NCBI GenBank assembly: GCA_964016885.1
Contig: OZ024749.1
Location: 55,862,001-55,926,000 of the forward strand
Origin: Eledone cirrhosa
Lineage: Eukaryota
DNA: 64,000 bases
Direction of reading: 5' to 3'
Below the pieces are notes generated by a model, which saw only the letters and a list, made by a program, of their open reading frames with translations, had not been told where the DNA came from and did not search any database. Position numbers and translations under genes: made by a program. Below are positions 1 through 12,707 of this stretch, piece after piece (within the stretch, counting starts at the first letter, position 1; each line of letters starts with the position of its first letter).

Positions 1-56
1 TGTTTATATATATATTGATATATAGATATATATTATATATATATACACACTTAAAG

Positions 57-245
57 ATGAAAAGTAGACCGACACACAGACATAGTATCGCAAGGTAAAA
101 AGCCCGACTGATGAGATTTAGTAAAAACATTCCAGAAGTCGGCCCGTTTATCGTTTATCGTTTCAGGAGTAACTTATCGGAGGTGAACCGTATCATATAG
201 CAGCAAGGATCAGTGATATTGTCATATCTCATTACCCCTCCCTTA
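57..245 (-). mobile_element. Degenerate Penelope-like terminal fragment, probably related to 25095-25245
   Basis: Minus strand has GGGGTAA...TTACTCCT-GAAAC (stem II plus GAAAC). It shares GCTATATGATA-like, TTGCGATAC and TCGGTCT blocks in the same order with 25095-25245. Confidence 0.35.
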
Positions 246-260
246 TTTCACTCATCTCAA

Positions 261-299
<39 letters not shown>

Positions 300-1056
300 G
301 GAGGGAATGTGTGTTTGTCTGTGTGTGTCTGTGAGAGAGTTTGTGTGTCTGTGTGTGTCTTTCTATCTCTGTTTTTGATGTAGTATTTTATTTATATCTT
401 CTCCGGCGCCGTCACGTTTATCATTAGCAAAAACAACAACTACAGCACATTCAACATTACTATGACTGTTACCAGAACTTCTATCGCATTCCACGCCAGG
501 GCAAGATACACCACTATTACAATCTCTTATACAATTATTATCCCTGTCGCCATACCTACCATCTTTGCTCGCCAGTGAACATCAATTACAACTAAGGGAG
601 CTAACGAGCGAATCTCTAAGTAGTCGTTCGACACTACTAGAATTATCAGCTAAATCCTCCAGAAGTTCCCACATTAGAAACGGTTTTCAAATCAAGGCCT
701 CTTTGAGTATTGTGGTCCCAAGTTAACCTCGTACAAGGCAAAGACAATGATTAGTTCTGAAATCCCTTGTCAGTTCTATATAATTCAGGCATAAATGTGC
801 AATAATGTATTCCAAATTCCAATCCACCATAGTTGCAGTAATTGTGAAAAACAAAACTGTATCACCACGTCTACAAGTAAGATAAAACGTATACTTCTCT
901 GGGGAAATGGGAACAAGGCTGATTCTCATCCAAAATTGTCCCCGGCCTCCACCGTAGAGTGGAAAACTTATTAATGTTGCCTTTGCGAACATCATATCTA
1001 TTTCTAGTACAAGATTTAATGCGCATGTGTGAAAAACCGTTAACGCTAATAATGAT

Positions 1057-1256
1057 TTCTACTATAGGCACAAGGCCAGCAATTTTGGGGGAGGGGAAAG
1101 TCGATTAAATCGACCCCAGTGCGTGACTGGTACTTTATTTTATCGACCCCGTATGGATGAAAGGTAAAGTTAACCTCGGCGGGATTTGAACTCACATCAT
1201 AAAGGGCCGTAACTCTATGCGTCAAAGCATGGCGTCCGACCCTCTACCGATACTGC
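1057..1256 (-). mobile_element. tRNA-derived SINE, MetaSINE-like core, long-tail form
   Basis: Minus strand: A-box-like GGCAGTATCGG, B box GTTCAAATCC, core CCTTTCATCCATACGGGGTCGATAAAATAAAGTACCAG. TSD CGCTAATAATGAT at 1044-1056 and 1257-1269. Confidence 0.9.
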
Positions 1257-1815
1257 CGCTAATAATGATCAAATGAAATAGTTCTTTTTATCAGTTTCAC
1301 ATGGTGTGAGAGTCAAGACTCATCTCACTTTAACGAAATACTGAAATAAGTTGAGACCTGTTTGAGGACTAATGTAAACTAACTGTTAGAGACATGTAAA
1401 TAGTGATTTCTTGTATTGGCACAAAACTAGAAATTGTAAAAGAAGGTCATGCATAGTTGATTTCAAGTGGCTCTAATAATTGGCAGATATTTATTTAATC
1501 GTCTCCCCAGAGATGTGAAAGTGAATACAGACAGCATCTGGATTTTGACACAAGATCAACAAAAGGCGTACAAAATTCGCCATAAGACGCCCTCCATTGC
1601 TAAGATTTTGATTTGGGGGCTAAATCGATAATAGCAGAAAAGCTGAACGTGCTACACCGAACCAAAAGATTCTGGAAACATCTCTAACTGCTTCACTGCT
1701 GTTTGGAATCATTTCCTGGTAGATTTACTGTTCCACAGTCAACAGCTGATGTAGCGAGAGCTTTGCAATAAAAGCTGTATAAAGCATGTATTATATATAT
1801 ATATATATATATATT

Positions 1816-2030
1816 AAGAGTCAGGAACCCGACGATTAAGCTCCGACTGTTTCGACAGCTAGATCCGAACTGTTCGGATCTAGCTGTCGAAAGGGCCGGA
1901 GTTCAGCCGTCGGGGGGGGGGGGGGGGGGGGGGGTCCTGACTCTTTTCATATTACCCACTCTACTACCCTAAGTATCGAGGACTCTGGTGGGTTATGGTC
2001 CACCTGGTATCTTACCACACCTTTTTCGTT
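1816..2030. mobile_element. HHR element family X, fold-back copy
   Basis: Perfect 21-bp arms 1850-1870 and 1872-1892 with imperfect outer arms. The plus arm continues to the family end TTCGTTATA. Flanked by TA repeats. Confidence 0.75.
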
Positions 2031-2562
2031 ATATATATCCGTATGTGGTTGACGGCTGATGAACATGTGATAAACAATATATATATATATATATATATAT
2101 ATCATATCCGGGGGACCCTTCCGCCTGATAATTCATGCTTTGCTTTAGTCCTGACCTACAGCACTGTTTGGTATATAATAAGATCTTTACTGCAACCGCA
2201 AGGCGGAATACCCCATACCAGTTCAACCCCAACAATAACAACAACCACAAAAAATGTATTGTAACTTACAGGCACCGACTACGTAAATAGTATTTGTTAT
2301 TTTAACTTCTGTAACTGTTGCAGGTTCTTGATGGACTTTTTTCCAACTCGGTGTTTGTTTTGTACAAACGACGCTTTTTCATGATTGCAAATACACACAC
2401 ACACACACACAACACACAACACACAACACACACACACATATATATTTCATGTGAAATTGGTTGGCGATATACTACTACTACTACTACTACAACTACTTTT
2501 TATATCCTATAGTTTATCCCTAGTTTTCTGCCTCTTGATCACTCTCTCAATCGAATAGACGA

Positions 2563-2609
<47 letters not shown>

Positions 2610-3149
2610 TACAAACACACATGTATATATTCTTTTACTCAATTGAGAGTGAGAGGGGAACAGGCAGAGGTACAGGCAGAGGTATATATATATACCTATC
2701 TAGCTTTCTATCCATCTACACACACATACAGACAGGCACAGTCACACTCATATGCACACGCACACACCATAAATAATGTATAATGTATATTATTATTATT
2801 ATATACAGCAACAATTAACTTCCGGCGACTGTGCTGCATGCAGCTGGCAAAGCAAGAAATAATACACAAAGGTGTGATGTCGCTTTTGTGGCAAAATCGT
2901 AGCTGAAGATGTAAAATGATAAGGGAAGACCATAGAGAAGGAAGAGGACAATGGATGACAGAAAGAGTAAAACCATATATGGGCATCAATAATAAAGAAA
3001 TAAATCAAGAAAATTGTAATAAAACGTAATTTACAAAACTGATGACCTCGAATCACTCTTGAATTCGGGTACTTCACTTATAGACGTATGTACGGACGTG
3101 TGTTGGTAGGAAGGAATAATGGCGCAAACACATGAATGAACGTACATAT

Positions 3150-3151
3150 AG

Positions 3152-3193
<42 letters not shown>

Positions 3194-3223
3194 GCGCGCG
3201 CGCGTGTGTGTGTGTGTACACAA

Positions 3224-3293
<70 letters not shown>

Positions 3294-3390
3294 ACACATA
3301 CATACATACATACATACATACATACATACATACATACATACATACATACATACATACATACATACATACATACATACATACATACATACA

Positions 3391-3423
<33 letters not shown>

Positions 3424-3462
3424 GTGCGTGTGTGTGTATACACAAACACATATATACACACA
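3150..3462. repeat. Compound (CA)n/(TA)n/(CG)n/(TACA)n microsatellite
   Basis: Directly visible, nearly uninterrupted purine-pyrimidine alternation. Confidence 0.95.
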
Positions 3463-3889
3463 CTCGTATTATTTTCATAATTAAGTATATGCACTCACGA
3501 ACATGATCTTGCACACTGAAAATTACTTATGCACACACACACACACTCACACTCACACACAAATAAATGATCACATGATACATTAAAGGCAAACATACAT
3601 ATAAATATATTAACATATTCAACAAGAATAATAACACCCACTGCATATTAATATCATATACTGTCATACTCACGTGATTATATTCAGACAATTTCACACA
3701 TTTTTTCTGTATCTATCTATCTATCTATCTTTGTCTCTCTATCTCTGAGTCCCCCTTTGTATTTGTCCCCTTCTTTTGTGTCCCTGTGGCTAATAAAGAA
3801 ACATCTCTCTGAGTCTATCTTTCTATTATCTATTTTTGTCTTTCTTTCTTTCCTTCTCTGTCTCTCTCACACTCTCTCTCTCTCTCTTT

Positions 3890-3922
<33 letters not shown>

Positions 3923-4883
3923 AACAATGAGTTATATGGTTTGTGTTGATTATCATTCAACAAAGTTAATTTTATAACATATTTCAAGCACTCTCCAGGA
4001 TTTATCTGGAGTAATTAAATGTTAACAATATTAATAAATGGAAAATACCTTTATAAAATAAATATGGTTTTATAAAGATATTTTCCATGTATTAATATAT
4101 ATATATATAATGTTTGTGTGTGATGATATTACTCTGCCATAAATCGAGTTTCAAGTTAATTTTTTAAAAATCCCAATGAAAATACAGGGTCGTAGCTCAA
4201 CCAAACACAGTAGTGGGTCGCAGGAGTCATTTTGATAAACTTGCCTGCAACAAGATGGATAATCGTTTATTCTTTTACGTGTTCCAAACAATTGGCAGAG
4301 ACCATACTGGGGCACCCCGTGTTAAGGTTTGCGGTGAGACATTCAGATGAATTGTTGACCAATATTTTTCATGTCAAAGTTCAGGAATTTGTGTTGAGAT
4401 TTGCTGTCATTGCGTTTTGCATGTGATTCCTTGGTCTGGAGACTTATCTTCTTGGACGTCTTGGACTGACATTCAACTGGCCCCGATAGAATCCACCTGG
4501 CGTTCCACCCAACCATCGATAAAATAAACAATAAAACAATGGTTTAGTTTCATTATAAAACACACATTCACTTAACATTAATATTCCAAAAGTTATGATC
4601 TCTGATTCTTGGAGACGTATAATATTCTATGACAGACCTTTGCAATTTTAAACAATAGATCAAAATCGATGATTATTGGAGAATGTTTCATCGATAATGA
4701 TTAAGGAAATTTCGACCATTAAGTAAATAAAAGAATCAATGTCTCATAATTTATTTACCATAACCCGAAACATGGTAATCTAAATTATAAATAAATTCGA
4801 AAGATGAAGAAAAAAAACATGTATACCCTCGTATCTGCTAAATATAATAGACAGAAAGACACACACAGGCACACACTTATACA

Positions 4884-4998
4884 TGCAGGTATGGCTGTGG
4901 GATGGAGTTCGTTTCGCAAGCAGGCGCTTTTGGATTAACGTTGGGTTGACCTTGGGTTGACGAACACGTTTTCAATGAAATTTAATATATGGAAAATG
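4884..4998 (+). mobile_element. Degenerate, internally deleted copy of a second tRNA-SINE family
   Basis: GCAGGTATGGCTGTG head, matching the 27300-27470 copy in the opposite orientation. Confidence 0.4.
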
Positions 4999-5331
4999 CA
5001 CATACACACACTAACACACTAACACGTACACTAGCACACACTACACACACATTAACACACATGGGTTTTTATATTAAACATATAGAAACACGTTATTATA
5101 TAAAGTTATTTAGATAAGAGTTAAACGCATGTGAAATATACAAAAGCCTACGCATCTATATTATATATCCATGTAATTCGCTTCGTAGTTTTTATAACTT
5201 TCTCTTTCTGAAACGTGCGGGTCTTTTCTAGTTGTGTATTCACGTATGGAGGTATAAATAAATAAATGTATGTATCTATGAATGTATGTATGTGTCTATG
5301 AATGAATGTAAATATATAAATTTGTGTATGG

Positions 5332-5334
<3 letters not shown>

Positions 5335-5369
<35 letters not shown>

Positions 5370-5632
5370 CCACACATTGATATATACATATAAATATATA
5401 TATATATATATATACACATCCACACATTGATATATACATATAAATATATATATATATATATACACATCCACACATTGATATATACATATAAATATATATA
5501 TATATATATACACATCCACACATTGATATATACATATAAATATATATATATATACATACACATCCACACATTGATATATACATATAAATATGTATGTATA
5601 CATACATCTAAGTACGTATATATATATATATA
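5335..5632. repeat. About 48-bp minisatellite, 5 copies
   Basis: CATCCACACATTGATATATACATATAAA recurs five times, separated by (TA)n. Confidence 0.95.
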
Positions 5633-5854
5633 GGGGGGGGGGGCGTGTGTGTATATGTATGCTCTTACAATGTTGCGTCTCTGTACTATTCTATACAAAA
5701 TACTTGGCAATGGTATATTCGATAAAAGCCGACGAGGCGTCATATTTGCTTACACAGCTGCTCAGTCCTCGTGTTATTTGGGCGCTTAGCTGAGAATCAC
5801 CAAAAGGTTTTCTACTGCTATTATTGTAACGCTAGCCAAAACTGGAGAGGATAT

Positions 5855-6207
5855 TTATATATGTATATATATATATATATGTGTGTGTATGTATGTATGT
5901 ATGTATGTATGTATGTATGTATGTATGTATGTATGTATGTATGTATGTGTGTGTATATATATGTATGTGTGTGTATATATATGTATGTGTGTGTGTATAT
6001 ATATATATGTGTGTGTATATATATATGTGTATATATATATATAAGTATATGTGTGTGTATATATATATATATATGTATATATGTGTGTGTGTGTATATAT
6101 ATATATGTGTGTGTATATATATATATGTGTATATATATATATAAGTATATATGTGTGTATATATATATGTATATATGTGTGTGTGTATATATATATATGT
6201 ATATATG

Positions 6208-6240
<33 letters not shown>

Positions 6241-6719
6241 GTGTGTGTATATATATATATATGTATATATGTGTGTGTATATATATATATATATGTATAT
6301 ATGTGTGTGTATATATGTATATATGTGTGTGTATATATATATATGTATATATGTGTGTGTGTATATATATATATGTATATATGTGTGTGTGTGTATATAT
6401 ATATATGTATATATGTGTGTGTATATATTTATATGTATATATGTGTGTGTATATATTTATATGTATATATGTGTGTGTGTGTATATATATATATATGTAT
6501 ATATATGTGTGTGTATATATATATATATATGTATATATGTGTGTGTATATATATATATATATGTATATATGTGTGTGTATATATATATATATATGTATGT
6601 GTGTGTATATATATATATATATGTATGTGTGTGTATATATATATATATATGTATGTGTGTGTATATATATATATATATGTATGTGTGTGTATATATATAT
6701 ATATGTATGTATGTGTGTG

Positions 6720-6750
<31 letters not shown>

Positions 6751-6755
6751 GTGTG

Positions 6756-6786
<31 letters not shown>

Positions 6787-6791
6787 GTGTG

Positions 6792-6822
<31 letters not shown>

Positions 6823-6827
6823 GTGTG

Positions 6828-6858
<31 letters not shown>

Positions 6859-6863
6859 GTGTG

Positions 6864-6894
<31 letters not shown>

Positions 6895-6899
6895 GTGTG

Positions 6900-6930
<31 letters not shown>

Positions 6931-6935
6931 GTGTG

Positions 6936-6966
<31 letters not shown>

Positions 6967-7010
6967 GTGTGTATATATATATATATATATACATACGTGT
7001 GTGTATGCGT
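5855..7010. repeat. (TA)n/(TG)n/(TATG)n compound array
   Basis: Directly visible; a 30-bp higher-order unit at about 6720-6990. Confidence 0.95.
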
Positions 7011-7225
7011 GGCCACAATGAATCACATCGTTGTTTTTATAATCCACGCTTAAGACAGACAATTCTCCCAAATATATATGTATGTATGTGTGTGTGTGTG
7101 TGTATATATATATGTGTGTGAGTGTGTGTGTTTCTGTATACGTGAGTTTACGGGAATGGTCATTAATATCAACATGGTTGCTAACATCTCGTTACTTCAC
7201 TGTGATAAAAAAACACGCCTTTATG

Positions 7226-7431
<206 letters not shown>

Positions 7432-7539
7432 TATATATATATATATATGAGTGTGTATGTGTGTAGATGTAAACATACACTCATTAAGAAATAAATACTC
7501 TCATAAATGTAAAGCTTATGTTATATTATAACACACACA

Positions 7540-7840
7540 CAAGCCTTCACATATAATTCATAGAAAGAGAGACCTTCACATATTGTAATTCATACAAACA
7601 GACAGACCTTCACAGATTGTCATTCATACAAAGAGACAGACCTTCACATATTGTAATTCATACAAACAGACAGACCTTCACAGATTGTCATTCATACAAA
7701 CAGACAGACCTTCACATATTGTAATTCATACAAACAGACAGACCTTCACAGATTGTCATTCATACAAACAGACAGACCTTCACAGATTGTCATTCATACA
7801 AACAGACAGACCTTCACAGATTGTCATTCATACAAACACA
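7540..7840. repeat. 34-bp minisatellite, about 9 copies
   Basis: CCTTCAC recurs at 7573, 7607, 7641, 7675, 7709, 7743, 7777 and 7811. Confidence 0.95.
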
Positions 7841-8183
7841 CATTTATACATAAATTGATATTCTTCTTTATATGATTACACAAAAACACTTTTTAAATAT
7901 TTTTTTCCCCACTGTTCTCCCCTCGAACTCGAACTACCGTTAATGGGGTCACATTAGGTGTATATATACATCCGCTACAGACAGCTGATGAGTTAGAAAA
8001 TAGTTTTTGTCGCTTTTTTTTCTCTTTATAATTCTCCTGTTTATATGAATCGATGACCCTTGCTTGTCCCAGCGTCTCCGCTACATAATTATTGTAAGTT
8101 TGCTCTTTGTGTTTTACTATTTCTGTGGCTATTTCTGTATTTAGTGAAGTCTATCGATGCCAGGCAGTCCTTGTTCTTTTCTC

Positions 8184-8248
<65 letters not shown>

Positions 8249-8271
8249 ACCTCTCTCTCTCACACACAAAC

Positions 8272-8324
<53 letters not shown>

Positions 8325-8798
8325 AGCATTCAGACACATACACTCACAATCTATCTATATACAATATATATACACACACACGCACACAAGCATTCATAGA
8401 CACATACACTCACAATCTATCTATCTATATGCACACATATATATCGCGCACACACATTCAGTATACATATATATCTACATATACATGTATTAAGATTGTA
8501 TGTTACTATATTTGTATGTACACAGTTCGTCAAAGTGACGCCTGGCGCAATGGAGCATGACCACATTGCTGAAGCGTAAGGAAGATAAATCTTTCATTAT
8601 ATATACACATATAGAGATCTTTTTTCTTTTTCACGTGTTGACGATTAAGAGTTTCAAAAGTACAAACATTTTAAAAAGTACTTAATATTTAAACTACATA
8701 ATGGTGGAGAATGAAAGTATATCAAAAGAAATTATGAATATTGCATTTGATATTGACTCAATAACATAACATTAGCCCAAAGTGATTGAAACGCTTAA

Positions 8799-8842
<44 letters not shown>

Positions 8843-8861
8843 CACGTAATCAAACTCTGAG

Positions 8862-9290
8862 GGCGGCGAATTGGGAGAGTCATTAAAATGTAGGGGAGAA
8901 TGGTTTGCGTTATTCGTTCTGGCTCTCTGCTCTCTGTTTAAATCTTGCCACGGTCAACTTTGCTTGTCATTTATTCAAGGTCGATAAAAAAAGTACCCGC
9001 CTAGTACTGGGGTAGATTCTGCTTCTATATCTCTTTCTGACCGCCTCTCCATCACTGAAGTTTACTGAGATCAACACTTCATTCGGTCGAGGTCGATAAA
9101 ATAGTACCAGTCTAGTACTGGGGTAGATTCTTCCTCTATATATCTTTTCTTGACTTCCATTCTCTCTCTCTCTCTCTCTCTGACGAGATCTGCTGTGTTC
9201 AGACCTGCAGATGAGGTGGGGGGCTCCACCGGGTTTAAAAGTACCCTAGAAATGCCGTATGTCAATACGGCGCCCCTACAACTCCCTCGA
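8862..9290 (+). mobile_element. Older SINE with alternative long tail; core partly duplicated
   Basis: GGCGGCGAATTGG head; core GTCGATAAAA..AGTACC occurs twice (about 8980 and 9092); tail shared with the 50940 and 56040 copies. Confidence 0.7.
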
Positions 9291-9407
9291 AAGTTACGGG
9301 ACCATGCATGCAATCACACTCTTACAACAATACCCTAATACTCACTCACTCACACGTAATCACATAATCACTCAAACACATACACATACACGCCCAAACG
9401 TGTTACC

Positions 9408-9450
<43 letters not shown>

Positions 9451-9454
9451 ACAC

Positions 9455-9511
<57 letters not shown>

Positions 9512-9759
9512 ATACATAGACAATGACACGAAAGAGACATATTTATCATAAATGTGCGATAATCCTGATCTGAATATTTATTTTGAAATATATATATCGA
9601 TTAAGATAAACTGTTCGAATCTATAAAAGGGTAGAGAGGTCGCAATGAGAGTATTTCAAGAGTTTGGGTGGAGAATTCTTATTGGGAACCTCACAGAATT
9701 TGGAGGGAATACGACATTGAGTATCACAACCACTTTCTGAAATTTGGGTGGAATAGGTT

Positions 9760-10285
9760 CACTAGTAGTAGTAGTATTAGTGGTGGTGGTGGTGGTGGTA
9801 GTAGTTTTGATAGCAATAGCAGTAGCTGCAGCAATAGTAGTAGTAACAGCAGCATCAACAGTAGCAGTAATAGTAGTTGTGATAGTAGCTGTAGTATTAG
9901 TATTGTATTGATGAATACATTAAAGATTGACAAATGTTGACCATAATGATGATTTTGTTGTTGATGATGATGCTACTGATAATGATGATGGATGTGGTGA
10001 TGGGGATGTTGACCACGATGATGATGATGATGATGGGGAGGACGAAGAAGATGATGATGGTGATATTATTGTTGATATTGATGATGATAATTATACTGAT
10101 GTTATTGATCATGATGCTGATGATATTTATGATGATGATGATGATATTTATGATGATGATGATGATAATGGCGATGATGACGATGAGATGATGATACTTC
10201 GGATGAAGATGACGATTACGATGGCGATGATGATGATGATAATGATGATAATGATGACAACGATGATACTTATGATGATGATTTT
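9760..10285. repeat. Degenerate (TAG)/(GAT)n trinucleotide tract
   Basis: Directly visible. Confidence 0.9.
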
Positions 10286-10763
10286 CTTGTCATCCAATCC
10301 CCGAGCATCTCATATTATCTATCATCTTTACAATGTGTCAAACACTAGACAATTTATTTCTTCTTTCCTTATTCATTCATTATTTCTTTTATCCTTTCAT
10401 CCTTTCTGTCCTTCTTTTCTTTCTTTCTTTTCTCTTTCTTTCTTTCTCCCTTTCTTCCTTTCTTTCTTTCTCTCGTTCTACATTTTATATATTTCTTTTA
10501 TTTATATATATGTCCAACACCTGATGAATTCCTGTACCCGATGAATATTGCATGATAAAGTTAGTGTCAGTGAATGGCGAACTGTCACCGAATGTAAAGG
10601 GGAGGTCATATTGCCTTTAGTCCCATGTGACCTGCGCCAACCACTACATCGTCCCCGTCTCCCTTCAGTTTCACAGCTTTGCCCCTTCACACATCAATAT
10701 AAATTTCGTAATCAGTTATTTTTGCTTGACGTTATTGGAATTTATTGTTGAGACGGAAACACG

Positions 10764-10811
<48 letters not shown>

Positions 10812-10916
10812 AAGTGTATGAAGAGAGAGATGTGGTGAAGAATGGGGAAAGATTTGTAGATTGATGTTGGTGAGCGATTAACTTACTGTATATAGAATAT
10901 ATCTAGTATATATATA

Positions 10917-11062
10917 TAACGGAGGAGTTGTGGTAAGGAACCAGATGGACCTTAACGCATCAGAGTACTCAATACTTGGGGTAGTAGAGTGGGTAATAGG
11001 AGAAAGTATGACCCCGACGGGGTCGAAACGGCTTGAGCTCTGCCGTCGGGGTCATACTTTCT

Positions 11063-11066
<4 letters not shown>
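10917..11066. mobile_element. HHR element family X, fold-back copy
   Basis: Arms TAGGAGAAAGTATGACCCCGACGG / CCGTCGGGGTCATACTTTCTCCTA. The plus arm holds GAAACGGC-TTGAGCTCT-GCCGTC. TA repeats on both sides. Confidence 0.8.
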
Positions 11067-11108
<42 letters not shown>

Positions 11109-11411
11109 TTGCTGTTTTATCTCTCTTGAGTTAACACCGCACGAGTCGTGGGTCAAGCACGTCCACCATTTCGTCAGAGTGAGGCCCGGGTATACTGTTG
11201 TAACTTAGTCAATCATTTCATCTCTCAACCAGTCTCTGCCTACTATTTATCTTCTTCAGGTGTTGTTGCTGGTGTTGTTGTTGTTTAGCATCAGCTGAGC
11301 CCAGAGGGAGCTGACTTATATCTAAATGCATTTCAGCTGTGATCAAATTGTTCTTTAGATATAGTTTATCTTGGACTACATTTATTTTGACCCCCTTTTT
11401 TTTTGTTTGCA

Positions 11412-11615
11412 CATGACCAGCCGGCAATTTGAAGAGGAGAATAATGTCGAAATTGAACCCAGTACATTACTGGTACTTCATTGTATCGACCTCGTAGGGA
11501 TGATATGCAAAGCCAACCTTGGCAGGATTTGAACTCAGAACATAAAGTGACGGAAATATATGACGCTAAGCATGTTGTTCGAGGCTCTACCGACACTGCC
11601 AATCTATCACCTCCA
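11412..11615 (-). mobile_element. MetaSINE-like SINE, diverged
   Basis: GGATTTGAACTCAG (B box complement) and CTGGTACTT core. Confidence 0.8.
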
Positions 11616-11989
11616 TACCATAATGACATGGCAATATACCAACCTATCGACAATCCTATTATGCACAAAGAGAAAAAGTGTTATCTTGCATTCATATTCT
11701 TTCATTTCAATACTACATTCTTATAAATTAGTCAGCAAAGATGAATCCGTGACATTTCCATTGGCAGCTCCTTCCAACTTGCTAATATTGATGCTGTCCC
11801 TGCTTAACCCTAACATCAACATACCAATCAATACATGTAAGAAACATACCGTTGGAATGGGTCCCAGGGATCTTGTCCAAATGCTTACAACATTCTTATG
11901 GAATTGACTGAAGGCACTGAATAACCAAGTAGCGGTATATAAACCGACAGGCGAGTTAGATAGATCTAAACATCTTTTGGTAAATCTTA

Positions 11990-12230
11990 GTCTCTCGATG
12001 CTGGATTGTCAATCGATGTTTAAAATTAACTCCCTGCAGTTGAACACATCAAAGATATATATTCCTGTCTTTTCTTTTTGTTGTTGATTTTAATCCGGCA
12101 ACTGAATTGATGTCGCTTTTCAGTAAGTCTTTGTAGTGTAGTTAAAGCTTGAGGCGCCAATATAAGAATGGTGCGAACGGCATATAGTAATAAAATACGT
12201 CCTTTTCCTAGTCATCTGTATCAAATGTAT
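11990..12230 (-). pseudogene. Decayed 3' end of an RTE-like LINE ORF
   Basis: Minus strand encodes HYKDLLKSDI, resembling the RYKDxxKxDL motif near RTE C-termini; surrounded by frameshifts and stops. Confidence 0.35.
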
Positions 12231-12609
12231 CAAAGGTATTCTTCTGTATTGTACTCAACATGGGAAAACATTTAAAGAGAGAAGAAACCTTCAGATAAAG
12301 AAAAAAAATCTATAGATTTTTCGTGACACACGTAAAGTGGAATACATACAACTGTGGAAACTAAGTTATTGATTCAAGTAGTACGTAGTTGAACTTCCGT
12401 TCTATAATCTTCCACAAAGGGAAGCTATGAAATAAGTAAGAATGTACTTCAAACTTATAAAGTTATCTTTCTATATTTAGTTTTCATAAAGGCAGGAAAG
12501 TTCAAACTCATCCAGAGCGCGCGCACACACACACACATGTTTGTGTGTGTGTAAAGTTTCGTATGTATGTATATATGTATACATGTATATATATGTATAC
12601 ACACATATA

Positions 12610-12707
12610 TAGGGTGTCCCCCAAAACGTATACACAATTTGATTACCTGTACAGGCATATGTATTAGAATGCTGTTGAAGTGTGTATACATTTGGGGGGA
12701 CAATCTG
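12610..12707. mobile_element. Tc1/mariner-type MITE, opposite orientation to the 7326 copy
   Basis: AGGGTGTCCCCCAAAA ... TTTGGGGGGACA; internal TTAGAATGCTGTTGAAGT. Confidence 0.75.

Noticed and set aside
2050-2125. CTGATGA followed by a hairpin around (TA)n
   Set aside because: No GAAA box or cleavage triplet in position.
5771-7121. Long ORFs (up to 416 aa) of Y/I/C/V/M/H/T
   Set aside because: Translations of TA/TG microsatellite, open in several frames on both strands. The same applies to ORFs at 3031-3514, 30619-34340 and 36819-38270.
7540-7840. CRISPR-like 34-bp periodicity
   Set aside because: Head-to-tail units with no unique spacers; eukaryotic context; no cas genes.
7980-8015. CTGATGA-gtta-GAAA hammerhead candidate
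   Set aside because: No stem II and only marginal stem III; compatible with chance.
9927-10544. Asp/Met-rich 205-aa ORF
   Set aside because: (GAT)n repeat running into a CT-rich tract; no domain or splice evidence.
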